This document shows positions 37,882 to 46,959 of a DNA stretch of 64,000 bases, piece after piece (positions within the stretch are counted from its first letter, which is position 1; the number at the start of each line of letters is the position of its first letter). The stretch lies in sequence record DRR723986_1312. One strand, given 5' to 3'. A model generated the notes under the pieces. That model was not told where the DNA came from. It saw only the letters and a program-made list of their open reading frames with translations, and searched no databases. Both the position numbers and the translations under genes were made by a program.

Positions 37882-39348
37882 ATGTACAGCAGAATAGCGA
37901 GGAGAATAGTAAGTATCAGTATTCCAGTTTTATTTTTTGGTACTGCCTTAGGCCAACCAACTCCTGGGATTTATGAAAAAGATAAAGGCTTTATTGTAGT
38001 AGAAGCTGAGGATTTTTTTATGCAAAGTAAAACTGATAAACGGAAATGGGAGGTATTGAAAAAGCAGACAACTTCAGAAGGTTTATCACATCAATTAGAA
38101 ACTGCCAGTAATAACTCATACATAGAAGTTTTACCAGACACAAGAATTACACATGATGATCAATTGATTCATGGAGAAAACTTCTCTGAAAAAGCAGGTG
38201 AAATGGCAGTCCTTCATTATCAGGTAAATTTTACTAGTCCAGGGAGGTATTATGTCTGGGTTAGGGCTTATTCCACAGGAAGTGAAGACAATGGAATACA
38301 TGTAGGTATAGATGGTTCCTGGCCTGAAAGTGGTCAGCGAATGCAATGGTGTGAGGGGAAAAATGCGTGGACATGGGGGAATAGCCAGAGAACAAAAGAA
38401 GAACACTGTGGCGTACCTCATCAAATTTACCTGGATGTTGAAGCTGCTGGCGATCATATTATTCAGTTTAGTATGCGTGAGGATGGATTTGAATTTGATC
38501 AATTCCTTTTGACTCAGGATATCAATTACGTGCCTGACAGTAATTCCAATGAAGCTACTATTGCTCCGCCAGTAGGAAGAATTGCGATTGTTGCTGATGG
38601 CAATTCTCCTGATCCGGATGACCTAGGAGGTACAGGAATTTCTTTAGCCTTGCTTAGAGCAGCTGGATTAACAGATCGATTGGTGCATTATTCACACAGT
38701 TGTGATTTGGAAAGGGGAGAAAGAATATCTCAAAAAGCTGAAAAAGAGCGGCACCATATGATGCAGATAGCTTGTGATGTGACTGCACGCCGCTGGGGAG
38801 GATACGATTCTTTGGTATTTCACGATGCGCTTTGGCAGCAAGAAGAAACAGTCAGTGATTTGGCTAAAGCTATAAACGAATCTACATCTGAGGATCCACT
38901 GTGGATAGTGGAAGCAGGGGAGCCGGATATTATTGGTATGGCTTTGAAAGAATCCAATCCAGAAAAGCATCAGTTTGTAAAAGTGATTACCCATCACCCC
39001 GCCAATGACGATGCAGGAGATTTTTATACTTGGGCTCAAATTCTTGATTTTGGTGTTGAGGAGGTTCGAATTCCGGACCAAAATGAATACCTCAAGGTTG
39101 ATTTGGAGAATTGGGATTGGGCAAAGAACCATCCTGATTCAAGGGTTCAATGGATCTGGCTTTTGGGCAAAATGGCTGAGGTGGATGATGTGGTGAAATT
39201 CCAAAAGGGCAAATGGGATTGTTCGGATGCAGGCATGGTTTTGTACTGGATCACTGGAGCAACTTCAGGAGGATTGGAGCAAGGAAAAGTGGAAGATGTC
39301 CAGAAACTACTTCTAGATTATATTTCTGCTAATCCGGATACTGTTTGA
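37882..39348 (+). CDS. Secreted hypothetical protein: CBM-like beta-sandwich plus nucleoside-hydrolase-like domain
   Basis: N-domain VVEAEDF...GRYYVWVR...MREDGFEFDQFLLT. C-domain IAIVADGNSPDPDDL and WIVEAGEPD. Confidence 0.7.
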   Translation: MYSRIARRIVSISIPVLFFGTALGQPTPGIYEKDKGFIVVEAEDFFMQSKTDKRKWEVLKKQTTSEGLSHQLETASNNSYIEVLPDTRITHDDQLIHGENFSEKAGEMAVLHYQVNFTSPGRYYVWVRAYSTGSEDNGIHVGIDGSWPESGQRMQWCEGKNAWTWGNSQRTKEEHCGVPHQIYLDVEAAGDHIIQFSMREDGFEFDQFLLTQDINYVPDSNSNEATIAPPVGRIAIVADGNSPDPDDLGGTGISLALLRAAGLTDRLVHYSHSCDLERGERISQKAEKERHHMMQIACDVTARRWGGYDSLVFHDALWQQEETVSDLAKAINESTSEDPLWIVEAGEPDIIGMALKESNPEKHQFVKVITHHPANDDAGDFYTWAQILDFGVEEVRIPDQNEYLKVDLENWDWAKNHPDSRVQWIWLLGKMAEVDDVVKFQKGKWDCSDAGMVLYWITGATSGGLEQGKVEDVQKLLLDYISANPDTV

Positions 39349-39433
39349 TTAAAAACAACCAGGTTAAAGTTTAATAGTCAGGTATTTACCTTGTTTTTTT
39401 ATTGGACCTTCTAATGATATATTTTCTTCATTC

Positions 39434-39488
39434 TGGACGGAATCACCCTATTTTTAGACTATAAGAAGGTGCTTTTGACCTTTATTTG
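39434..39488 (+). promoter_or_regulatory. Candidate HTCS-activated promoter, copy 2 (upstream of GH3)
   Basis: TGGACGGAATCACCCTATTTTTAGAC with TGGAC/TAGAC 21 bp apart, and TTTATTTG at +26. Confidence 0.6.
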
Positions 39489-39530
39489 GTTCATTTAAAA
39501 CAATAAACCTAACAGTAAATTTTACCAAAT

Positions 39531-41699
39531 ATGCAGGTAAGACATCGTATTAATGTCCTGTTTGGCGCGCTTATCATCGGAGCAGCCATTTCAGGTTGTC
39601 AATCCAATGCCATGGTCAATAAGGATGAGAATCCTGATTCTGACATTGATAAAAAAGTCTCTGAATTATTGAGTCAGATGACCTTGGAAGAAAAGGTTGC
39701 GGAGTTGACTCAGGATGCTCCTCCAAACGAACGACTAGGGATTCCCATGATGCAATACAGTGAATGTCTGCACGGACTTTGGCTACCAGGCGCGACTGTA
39801 TATCCTCAAGCTATCGCTTTGGGATCTACTTGGGATCCAGAAGCCATCAGAACGATGACCACTGCAATTGCCAAGGAAGCTCGTGCAGCTAATCTGACAC
39901 ATTGCTATTCTCCAAATTTAGATGTCATCACAGGTGATCCCCGGTATGGAAGGGTAGAGGAATCCTATGGAGAAGATCCATACTTGGTATCCAAAATGGG
40001 AGTTGCCTTTATTGAGGGATTGCAGGGAACAGGTGAAGAGCAGTTTGATGAGAATCATATCATGGCCACGGCTAAGCACTTTGTAGCCTATCCAGAAAAT
40101 CGTAGAGGTATTAATGGAGGCTTTAGTGATATTTCCGAACGGAGATTATTTGAAATTCATCTTCCGCCCTTTGAAGCTGCGGTGAAGGAAGCTGGGGTAG
40201 GGGCGATTATGCCCGGACATCAAGACCTGAATGGGATTCCTTGCCATATGAATACTTGGTTGATTCAGGATTTGTTGAGAGATGAATGGGGTTTTGATGG
40301 ATTTGTGGTGTCGGACAACAACGATGTTTCACGCTTGCATCACATGCATTACATCGCAAAGTCCAGAGAGGAAGCAGCGGTAATGGGTTTGCAGACAGGA
40401 GTGGATATGGATTTGGTGATAGGGAAAAACCCAGCAGATGCAGCCTACATCATGAATGTCTTGAAAGATACACTTACTAGTAATCCTGATTTGGTAAAAC
40501 ATGTGGATGCCAGTGTCTCCCGTATTCTGAAAATGAAATACAAATTAGGCTTGTTTGATCAGGAGAATACCGACGAGGTAAAGCAAGTGGTCAGTACTCC
40601 AGAGAGTCAGGAGTTGGCACTTGACATTGCAAAAAAGGCAGTAGTACTTCTTAAAAATGAGAATAATTTACTGCCCTTAAACAAGGATAAAATCAAGTCA
40701 ATTGCAGTGATTGGGCCGAATGCGCATGAAGAAGTGCCTGAAGGAAAGAAATATACCTTGATGGGAGGGTACTCAGGAATTCCCCCTTATTACACCTCCA
40801 TTTTGGAAGGAATTAGACAAAAGGTAGGTGATAAAGTACAGGTTAATTATGCCGAGGGAGCGAAACTTACCAGCGATTCAAAGGCCGGGTTTCAGGAAGC
40901 AATAGCAGCTGCAAATAAATCAGACGTGGTGGTTTTAGCAGTCGGTGGATCCACCCTCACCTGCGGAGAGGGGATAGATCGGGATGACCTGGATCTATTT
41001 GGAGTTCAAAATGAATTGGTTGAAGCATTGCATAAAACGGGTAAACCTATCGTAGTTATCCTAGTAAATGGTCGGCCACTGACTATTAATTATATAGCGG
41101 AAAATGTTCCTTCTATAATCGAAAGCTGGTATTTGGGCATGAGATCAGGTGACGCTTTGGCAGATGTGTTGTTTGGAGATTACAATCCTGGAGGCAAATT
41201 GACGGTTTCATTTCCACGCTCCGTGGGACAGATTCCAGTTACTTATTTGGAAAGGCCAGACTTTGTGGGTTCTGGAAAAGGGGAATATAGATTCAGTGAA
41301 AAAACTCCGCTTTTTCCCTTCGGTTTTGGGCTGAGCTATACCCAGTTTGATTATTCTAATCTAAGACTCGCTAAATCAAAAATTAAAGCTAATGAAGCTA
41401 CTACTGTCTCCGTGGATGTGACCAACAAAGGGAAAGTTCAGGGAGATGAAGTGGTGCAGATGTATATCAGAGATGATTTCGCTTCAGTAGGTCGCTATGA
41501 TAAATTACTCAAGGGATTTGAGCGGGTATCTATAGCTCCAGGAGAGACTAAAACAGTAGTTTTTGAATTAAATCCTGATAATCTTTCCCTATATAATCAG
41601 AAAATGGAAAAGGTAGTGGAGCCTGGTGATTTCACTATTTCTGTGGGAGCCTCCAGTCAGGAAAAGGATTTGAAGACTATAAAATTGAGCGTATTATAA
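39531..41699 (+). CDS. GH3 beta-glucosidase/beta-xylosidase lipoprotein with C-terminal Fn3-like domain
   Basis: Lipobox ISGC, MTLEEKV, DPRYGRVEESYGEDPYL, AKHF, GFVVSD, PFGFGLSYT and GDEVVQMY. Confidence 0.93.
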   Translation: MQVRHRINVLFGALIIGAAISGCQSNAMVNKDENPDSDIDKKVSELLSQMTLEEKVAELTQDAPPNERLGIPMMQYSECLHGLWLPGATVYPQAIALGSTWDPEAIRTMTTAIAKEARAANLTHCYSPNLDVITGDPRYGRVEESYGEDPYLVSKMGVAFIEGLQGTGEEQFDENHIMATAKHFVAYPENRRGINGGFSDISERRLFEIHLPPFEAAVKEAGVGAIMPGHQDLNGIPCHMNTWLIQDLLRDEWGFDGFVVSDNNDVSRLHHMHYIAKSREEAAVMGLQTGVDMDLVIGKNPADAAYIMNVLKDTLTSNPDLVKHVDASVSRILKMKYKLGLFDQENTDEVKQVVSTPESQELALDIAKKAVVLLKNENNLLPLNKDKIKSIAVIGPNAHEEVPEGKKYTLMGGYSGIPPYYTSILEGIRQKVGDKVQVNYAEGAKLTSDSKAGFQEAIAAANKSDVVVLAVGGSTLTCGEGIDRDDLDLFGVQNELVEALHKTGKPIVVILVNGRPLTINYIAENVPSIIESWYLGMRSGDALADVLFGDYNPGGKLTVSFPRSVGQIPVTYLERPDFVGSGKGEYRFSEKTPLFPFGFGLSYTQFDYSNLRLAKSKIKANEATTVSVDVTNKGKVQGDEVVQMYIRDDFASVGRYDKLLKGFERVSIAPGETKTVVFELNPDNLSLYNQKMEKVVEPGDFTISVGASSQEKDLKTIKLSVL

Positions 41700-41739
41700 A
41701 ACAACTTTTCAGAGTGGGTTTAAGTTGTGTAGCTCAATT

Positions 41740-41771
41740 GGGAGAGGATAGGCATATCTTCTCCCTTTTTT
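41740..41771 (+). terminator. Rho-independent terminator after GH3
   Basis: GGGAGAGGATA/TATCTTCTCCC stem followed by a T-run. Confidence 0.85.
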
Positions 41772-42022
41772 ATGTCCGAAATTCAATTCCTCAGCCAAGC
41801 AGTATAGGGCAGTATAGCTTCACTTGTTTTTTTTAGTTACTTGACCAAGACCTATTAAGTGCAAATCTTCTCCTTTACAGGAATGAGAATTAGACAAGCG
41901 TACTATTCCAACATTTAGCCAATTTGGTGCAATAGGAATATGAAAATTCTCTATTATTAAGTACATATTCCATTCCTGACTTTGGAAAAGTCAATTAACA
42001 ACCCAAACATGACTCAGACTAT

Positions 42023-45000
42023 ATGCTATTTGAAAATGCAAGGAAAATAGGATTTTCAAGTACTTCCGTTTTACATCCTGGCTCTACAGTCAAGTGGTGG
42101 AGAACGTTAGCATTCTTCCTGTTTTCCTTTTTTATTTCCAGCAGTTGCCTGTATTCTCAGGGTCAGGATTCATTCAATTTTTTCACTCATTTACCTACCT
42201 CTGATGGTTTTTCTTTAAATCCAGTCAATAGTATAGCTCAGGATGAACTAGGAATGATATGGCTGGGAACCCGCAATGGTCTGATGAGATACGATGGCCA
42301 TAATTTGGAGGTAGTTCGGCGCGAGTCGGGAGATGTGAGTGAGTTAAGAATTAATGATATTTTTTCTATTAGTCTAGACAGTGGCGGCGTGTGGATGGCT
42401 ACTAAACGAGGACTGAGTTTTTTTGACCCTAGACAAGAGAAATCTACTGATTTCCCATTTGAAACAAATCAGAAGCTATCTGTATCTTCTTCATTTGTTT
42501 ATGATGTAATGAGCCCTGGTTCTTCGGAAGTTTGGGTAGCTACTCGTGAAGGTCTCAATGTTTTAAATATAGAACAGGGCGAAATAGAGGTTTACAAGCA
42601 TGAGATAAACGATGAGAAATCGCTAAGCTCAGATATTATCACCAATATTTTCCAAAGCAGAAAGGGAGAAATCTGGGTAGGTACAGAAAATGGCCTTAAT
42701 AAATCCAACAGGGAAAAAAGCGATCAGTTATCTTTTAAATCGTATTTCCCTGAAAATTCCAACGAACAGACTCAAGGCAAGTTTGAAGTCACCTGCATCA
42801 AGGAAGATCTAATAGGTAATCTCTGGATAGGTACCAAGGATGGGCTGTTTTATTTTAGGACAAATGAAGAAAAGTTTGAGAGATATGGTAGCCAGCCAGG
42901 GGAAGAAAAACTGACTAATCAACTTATTAGCGCGATCACATTAGATCATCAAAACAGGCTCTGGGTAGGCACTTATGATGGGGTAAATGTTCTGGATAAT
43001 AACCATAAACTTTTAGCAAAGATTAGACATGATTCCCGAAACCCAAATAGCTTGAATGGGAAAGATGTAAAAGCTTTGTTTACAGACCGGGATGGAGGAG
43101 TTTGGATCTCCACCTACTTTGGTGGGATTAATTACTGGAGTGACAAGCAGTTAAATTTTGAGAAAATCCAAGAGCATTTTGGAACGCAGCTTGGCTACAA
43201 TGTGGTGAGTTCTTTCATGGAGGACAAATATTCCAATATCTATATAGGTACAGAAGGGGCTGGTATCAATGTGATCCAATCAGGCGATGGACAGTTTAAG
43301 AATATAGACAAGCTTTCTGAAGGAAATTACATTGGTTCTGTTAAGGATTTGCTTTACGAAAACACTCACCAAGTGTGGATTGCGACTTTTAATAGGGGAC
43401 TGATACGCTATAATCTTAAGAATGGAAACTTTGAAGAATACCGATATGATCCTTCATTGGAAACTAGTAAGAGCATTCCAACCAACCAATTGCTAGAGTT
43501 GGAAAAAGCCAGCGACGGCAAAATCTGGATAGGTACTTTGAACAGAGGACTGATGCTCTTTGATCCTCAGACTAGGAATTTTAGACTCTTTACAGCTAGC
43601 CTAAACAAGCCTGAAATCTCCAATAATAATGTCAGAGCAATAACCGAAACCACCTCGGGTGACTTATATGTGGGTACTGGCAGAGGAGTTACTTTCCTAT
43701 CTGCAGATTCATACCAGCAAGGAGTTTTTGATTTTCAGATTTTAAAAATGGAAGACGGTCAGCAGAGTAACTTGTATGTCCACGATATTTTGGAAAGCGG
43801 CTCTGAACATAAAATCTGGGTAGCAGCGAATGATTTTGGGTTGTTTTATATAAAAGATGATCTACTTTTCCCTGTCTCTATTCCAAAGATTACCAGTGTT
43901 TTTGCGATAAGCGAGGATAGGGAAGGAAAGCTTTGGCTAAGTTCAGAAGAAGGGGTAGTGCTTTATGATCCTACCACCGGAAATCACAGGTTGTTTGATA
44001 GAAAAGATGGCGTGCAGCCGAATGAATTTAATAGGCGCGCTAAGTTGTTTTCCAGTTCAGGTAGGATGTTATTTGGAGGGGCCTCAGGGGTTACCTCATT
44101 CTACCCAAGCAAGCTGCAAGTGGAGAGTGCTTCAGCTCCCAAAGTGGTTCTTACCCAGTTTTATATCTCTGACCGACAGATTAAAGTAGGGGATAATACT
44201 AACATACTGGATAATTCTATAGAATATTCGAAAGAGATCACATTGGACTATGATCAGAATATTTTTACCATTCATTTTTCCATGCCTAATTATGTCAATT
44301 CTGATAAAAATACTTACCTCTATCGGCTAAAAGGCTTGGAAGATGAGTGGGTAAGAACTACTAATTCATTTGTGTCCTATACCATACAAAGAGGTGGGGA
44401 TTATGTCTTTGAAGTGAAGGGGGTAAATAAGGATGGGATAGAAAGTAAGGAGATTGCCAGCCTAGACATTACTATGAAAAGTGCTCCTTGGTTCACTTGG
44501 TGGGCTTATCTGCTTTACTCTGTGATTGTATTGTCAGGCTTGATGGTCTTTATATTTTTCTTCAGATCAAGATTGAGATTGCAGCATCAGCTTGAAATGG
44601 AGACCAGAGAGTATGAATATCAAAAGGAGTTGAATCAACAAAAATTGCAGTTTTTCACCAATATTTCCCATGAATTCAGAACTCCTCTCACGCTGATCTC
44701 TGCTCCTTTGGATAAATTGATAGCTGAATACAAAGGTCCTAGTGCCGTTTTTAGACAGCTTCAGGTAATCAAGAAAAATACGGATCATCTATTTAAGCTG
44801 ATTAATGAGCTGATGGATTTCCGAAAGTTGGAAAACAAGCAGATGAAGCTTCAGGCCGCTGAAGGAAATATTGTCAAGTTTACAAAGGAGATTTTTTTAT
44901 CATTTTCCCAACAGGCTAAACTATACGAACTCGATTATCAATTCGTCACTTCGGATGAGGAGATCAAGGTCTATTTTGATCGGGATAAACTGGAAAAGGT

Positions 45001-46228
45001 CCTGTATAATCTCATTTCAAATGCGTTTAAATATACTCCCGCAGGGGGAAAGATTGAGGTAAGGGTCCAACATGCTGGGAATAAAGTAAAGGTTCATGTG
45101 CAGGATTCGGGTATGGGCATACCTGCCGAACATTTGGATAAAATATTTGATAGATTTTATGAAGTTCCTACCAAAGGGAATAAGAGTAAGTTCAAGAAAG
45201 GTTCTGGGATTGGTTTGGCCATAGCCAAAAATGTGATGGAGCTTCACAAGGGCCAACTGATGGTCAGCAGTGAAGAGGGAAAAGGAAGTGACTTTGTGAT
45301 GGAATTGCATGTCGGTAGAGAAAATTTATCCGATGATGAAGTGATAGAATCATTCTTTAGCAGCGAGGAAATTTCCAATTATATCATGCCTGAGTCGGAA
45401 GACGAAGCTGGAGTATTGATGGAAAATGAAGAAAGAAATACTGAACTTGAAGATGCTCCCAAAATCCTTATCGTCGAGGATAATCAGGAGATTGGAGCAT
45501 TTATTCAAAGTGTATTGTCTAAAACTTATCGAACTGTGCTGATAGAAAATGGTGCGCTAGGGTATCAGGAGGCTATTTCTTCTCAGCCCGATTTGATTAT
45601 CAGTGATGTGATGATGCCAGTGATGGATGGGATAGAATTCTGCGGAAAGGTAAAATCCGACCTTCGTACCAGTCATATACCCTTTATTCTGTTGACTGCC
45701 AGAACTTCCTTGGTGTATAAATATGATGGGCTGGAATCGGGAGCTGACGAATTTCTCAGCAAACCTTTTGATTTTAGAGAACTCTTGTTGAAATGTAGAA
45801 ATATTCTCAATACACATGAGAAGCTCAGAAAGAAAATCGGGGAGTCCGGAGAGTTTATTTCATCAGAAGTCAGTGTCAATTCCAGAGATGAGGAAATGAT
45901 GAAAAATGCTATACAGCTTATTAAAGATAATATCGCAAATGAGTTTTTTGATATACAATATTTGACAGAGGAGCTAGGGATAAGTAGGTCATTACTTTTT
46001 ACAAAATTCAAGGCTTGGACCAATCAGACACCGAAGGATTTTATATTAACTGTCAAAATGAAAAAGGCCGCTTCACTTATTGAGCAACATAAAACTAATA
46101 TATCCGAAGTGGGTTATATTGTAGGCTTTAAAGATCCTAATTATTTTTCCAAAGCATTTAAGAAGCACTTTGGGTTAAGTCCAAAAGCCTACTCGGAGCG
46201 ATTTAAAGAAGAGCTGGGGTTAGATTGA
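42023..46228 (+). CDS. Hybrid two-component system sensor-regulator (Reg_prop/Y_Y_Y, HisKA, HATPase, REC, AraC)
   Basis: Repeated IWxGT propeller motifs, NISHEFRTPLTLI, NLISNAFKYT, GSGIGL, ISDVMMPVMDG and an AraC C-terminus (VGFKDPNYFSKAFKKHFG). Confidence 0.97.
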   Translation: MLFENARKIGFSSTSVLHPGSTVKWWRTLAFFLFSFFISSSCLYSQGQDSFNFFTHLPTSDGFSLNPVNSIAQDELGMIWLGTRNGLMRYDGHNLEVVRRESGDVSELRINDIFSISLDSGGVWMATKRGLSFFDPRQEKSTDFPFETNQKLSVSSSFVYDVMSPGSSEVWVATREGLNVLNIEQGEIEVYKHEINDEKSLSSDIITNIFQSRKGEIWVGTENGLNKSNREKSDQLSFKSYFPENSNEQTQGKFEVTCIKEDLIGNLWIGTKDGLFYFRTNEEKFERYGSQPGEEKLTNQLISAITLDHQNRLWVGTYDGVNVLDNNHKLLAKIRHDSRNPNSLNGKDVKALFTDRDGGVWISTYFGGINYWSDKQLNFEKIQEHFGTQLGYNVVSSFMEDKYSNIYIGTEGAGINVIQSGDGQFKNIDKLSEGNYIGSVKDLLYENTHQVWIATFNRGLIRYNLKNGNFEEYRYDPSLETSKSIPTNQLLELEKASDGKIWIGTLNRGLMLFDPQTRNFRLFTASLNKPEISNNNVRAITETTSGDLYVGTGRGVTFLSADSYQQGVFDFQILKMEDGQQSNLYVHDILESGSEHKIWVAANDFGLFYIKDDLLFPVSIPKITSVFAISEDREGKLWLSSEEGVVLYDPTTGNHRLFDRKDGVQPNEFNRRAKLFSSSGRMLFGGASGVTSFYPSKLQVESASAPKVVLTQFYISDRQIKVGDNTNILDNSIEYSKEITLDYDQNIFTIHFSMPNYVNSDKNTYLYRLKGLEDEWVRTTNSFVSYTIQRGGDYVFEVKGVNKDGIESKEIASLDITMKSAPWFTWWAYLLYSVIVLSGLMVFIFFFRSRLRLQHQLEMETREYEYQKELNQQKLQFFTNISHEFRTPLTLISAPLDKLIAEYKGPSAVFRQLQVIKKNTDHLFKLINELMDFRKLENKQMKLQAAEGNIVKFTKEIFLSFSQQAKLYELDYQFVTSDEEIKVYFDRDKLEKVLYNLISNAFKYTPAGGKIEVRVQHAGNKVKVHVQDSGMGIPAEHLDKIFDRFYEVPTKGNKSKFKKGSGIGLAIAKNVMELHKGQLMVSSEEGKGSDFVMELHVGRENLSDDEVIESFFSSEEISNYIMPESEDEAGVLMENEERNTELEDAPKILIVEDNQEIGAFIQSVLSKTYRTVLIENGALGYQEAISSQPDLIISDVMMPVMDGIEFCGKVKSDLRTSHIPFILLTARTSLVYKYDGLESGADEFLSKPFDFRELLLKCRNILNTHEKLRKKIGESGEFISSEVSVNSRDEEMMKNAIQLIKDNIANEFFDIQYLTEELGISRSLLFTKFKAWTNQTPKDFILTVKMKKAASLIEQHKTNISEVGYIVGFKDPNYFSKAFKKHFGLSPKAYSERFKEELGLD

Positions 46229-46523
46229 TTTTTTATTTAGCCTAATAGATTATGGTTACTATATAGTATTTTGCTTTTTGAGGCATTATACTACTTGTTT
46301 CTAAGTCTTATAGTTTAGGATTTTTTTAGTAGATATTTCTAATTAGAGCTTTTCTAATTTTTTGGGGAATAGTCAATCTACTCTCGCGCTTTCCGCAAGT
46401 CGTATTGCTTATTTGACTTTTGGGTATTCACTCCTCCAAGACATAAAATAGTAGCATCACCATAGCTTTCTTCCTTTTATGATGTGCCCTGTATTTGGTT
46501 CTGAGGGCATATTTGGAAGGGTA

Positions 46524-46578
46524 TGTACAAAATCACCCTTTTTTTGGATTTTACTTTTTATAAAAAAATGAAGTTTAG
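46524..46578 (+). promoter_or_regulatory. Candidate HTCS-activated promoter, copy 3 (far upstream of susC)
   Basis: TGTACAAAATCACCCTTTTTTTGGATTTT with AAGTTTAG at +26, the same geometry as copies 1-2. Confidence 0.65.
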
Positions 46579-46959
46579 AGTGTTCTAATCGGGCAATTGT
46601 GCGGAGTATTTTACCTGATTCCTGAACGCAAAATTTGCAACTGTATAAAAGCTAGTAGTGACAAACCAACCCGAAAGCGAAAAGAAGTAGAATTCATGCT
46701 TGAGGTTTCAATATAATAAGGATAGAGTTGCTAAAGTGATACCTTTTAAAGATCTGATCAGGAATAATTGCAAGTCAATAGTTGATCTTTAATTTATGGT
46801 TTAACCTGATTAATGCTATGTGACAAATTGAACATTTAATTATTATATGAATGAATAAAATAAACCTTAAATAACCTTTACCCAATATTTTGTCCCTTAA
46901 AAGGATAGCTACACCAGATGTAGTAAACTAATCATGAATGATAATTAAATGGAATTAAA

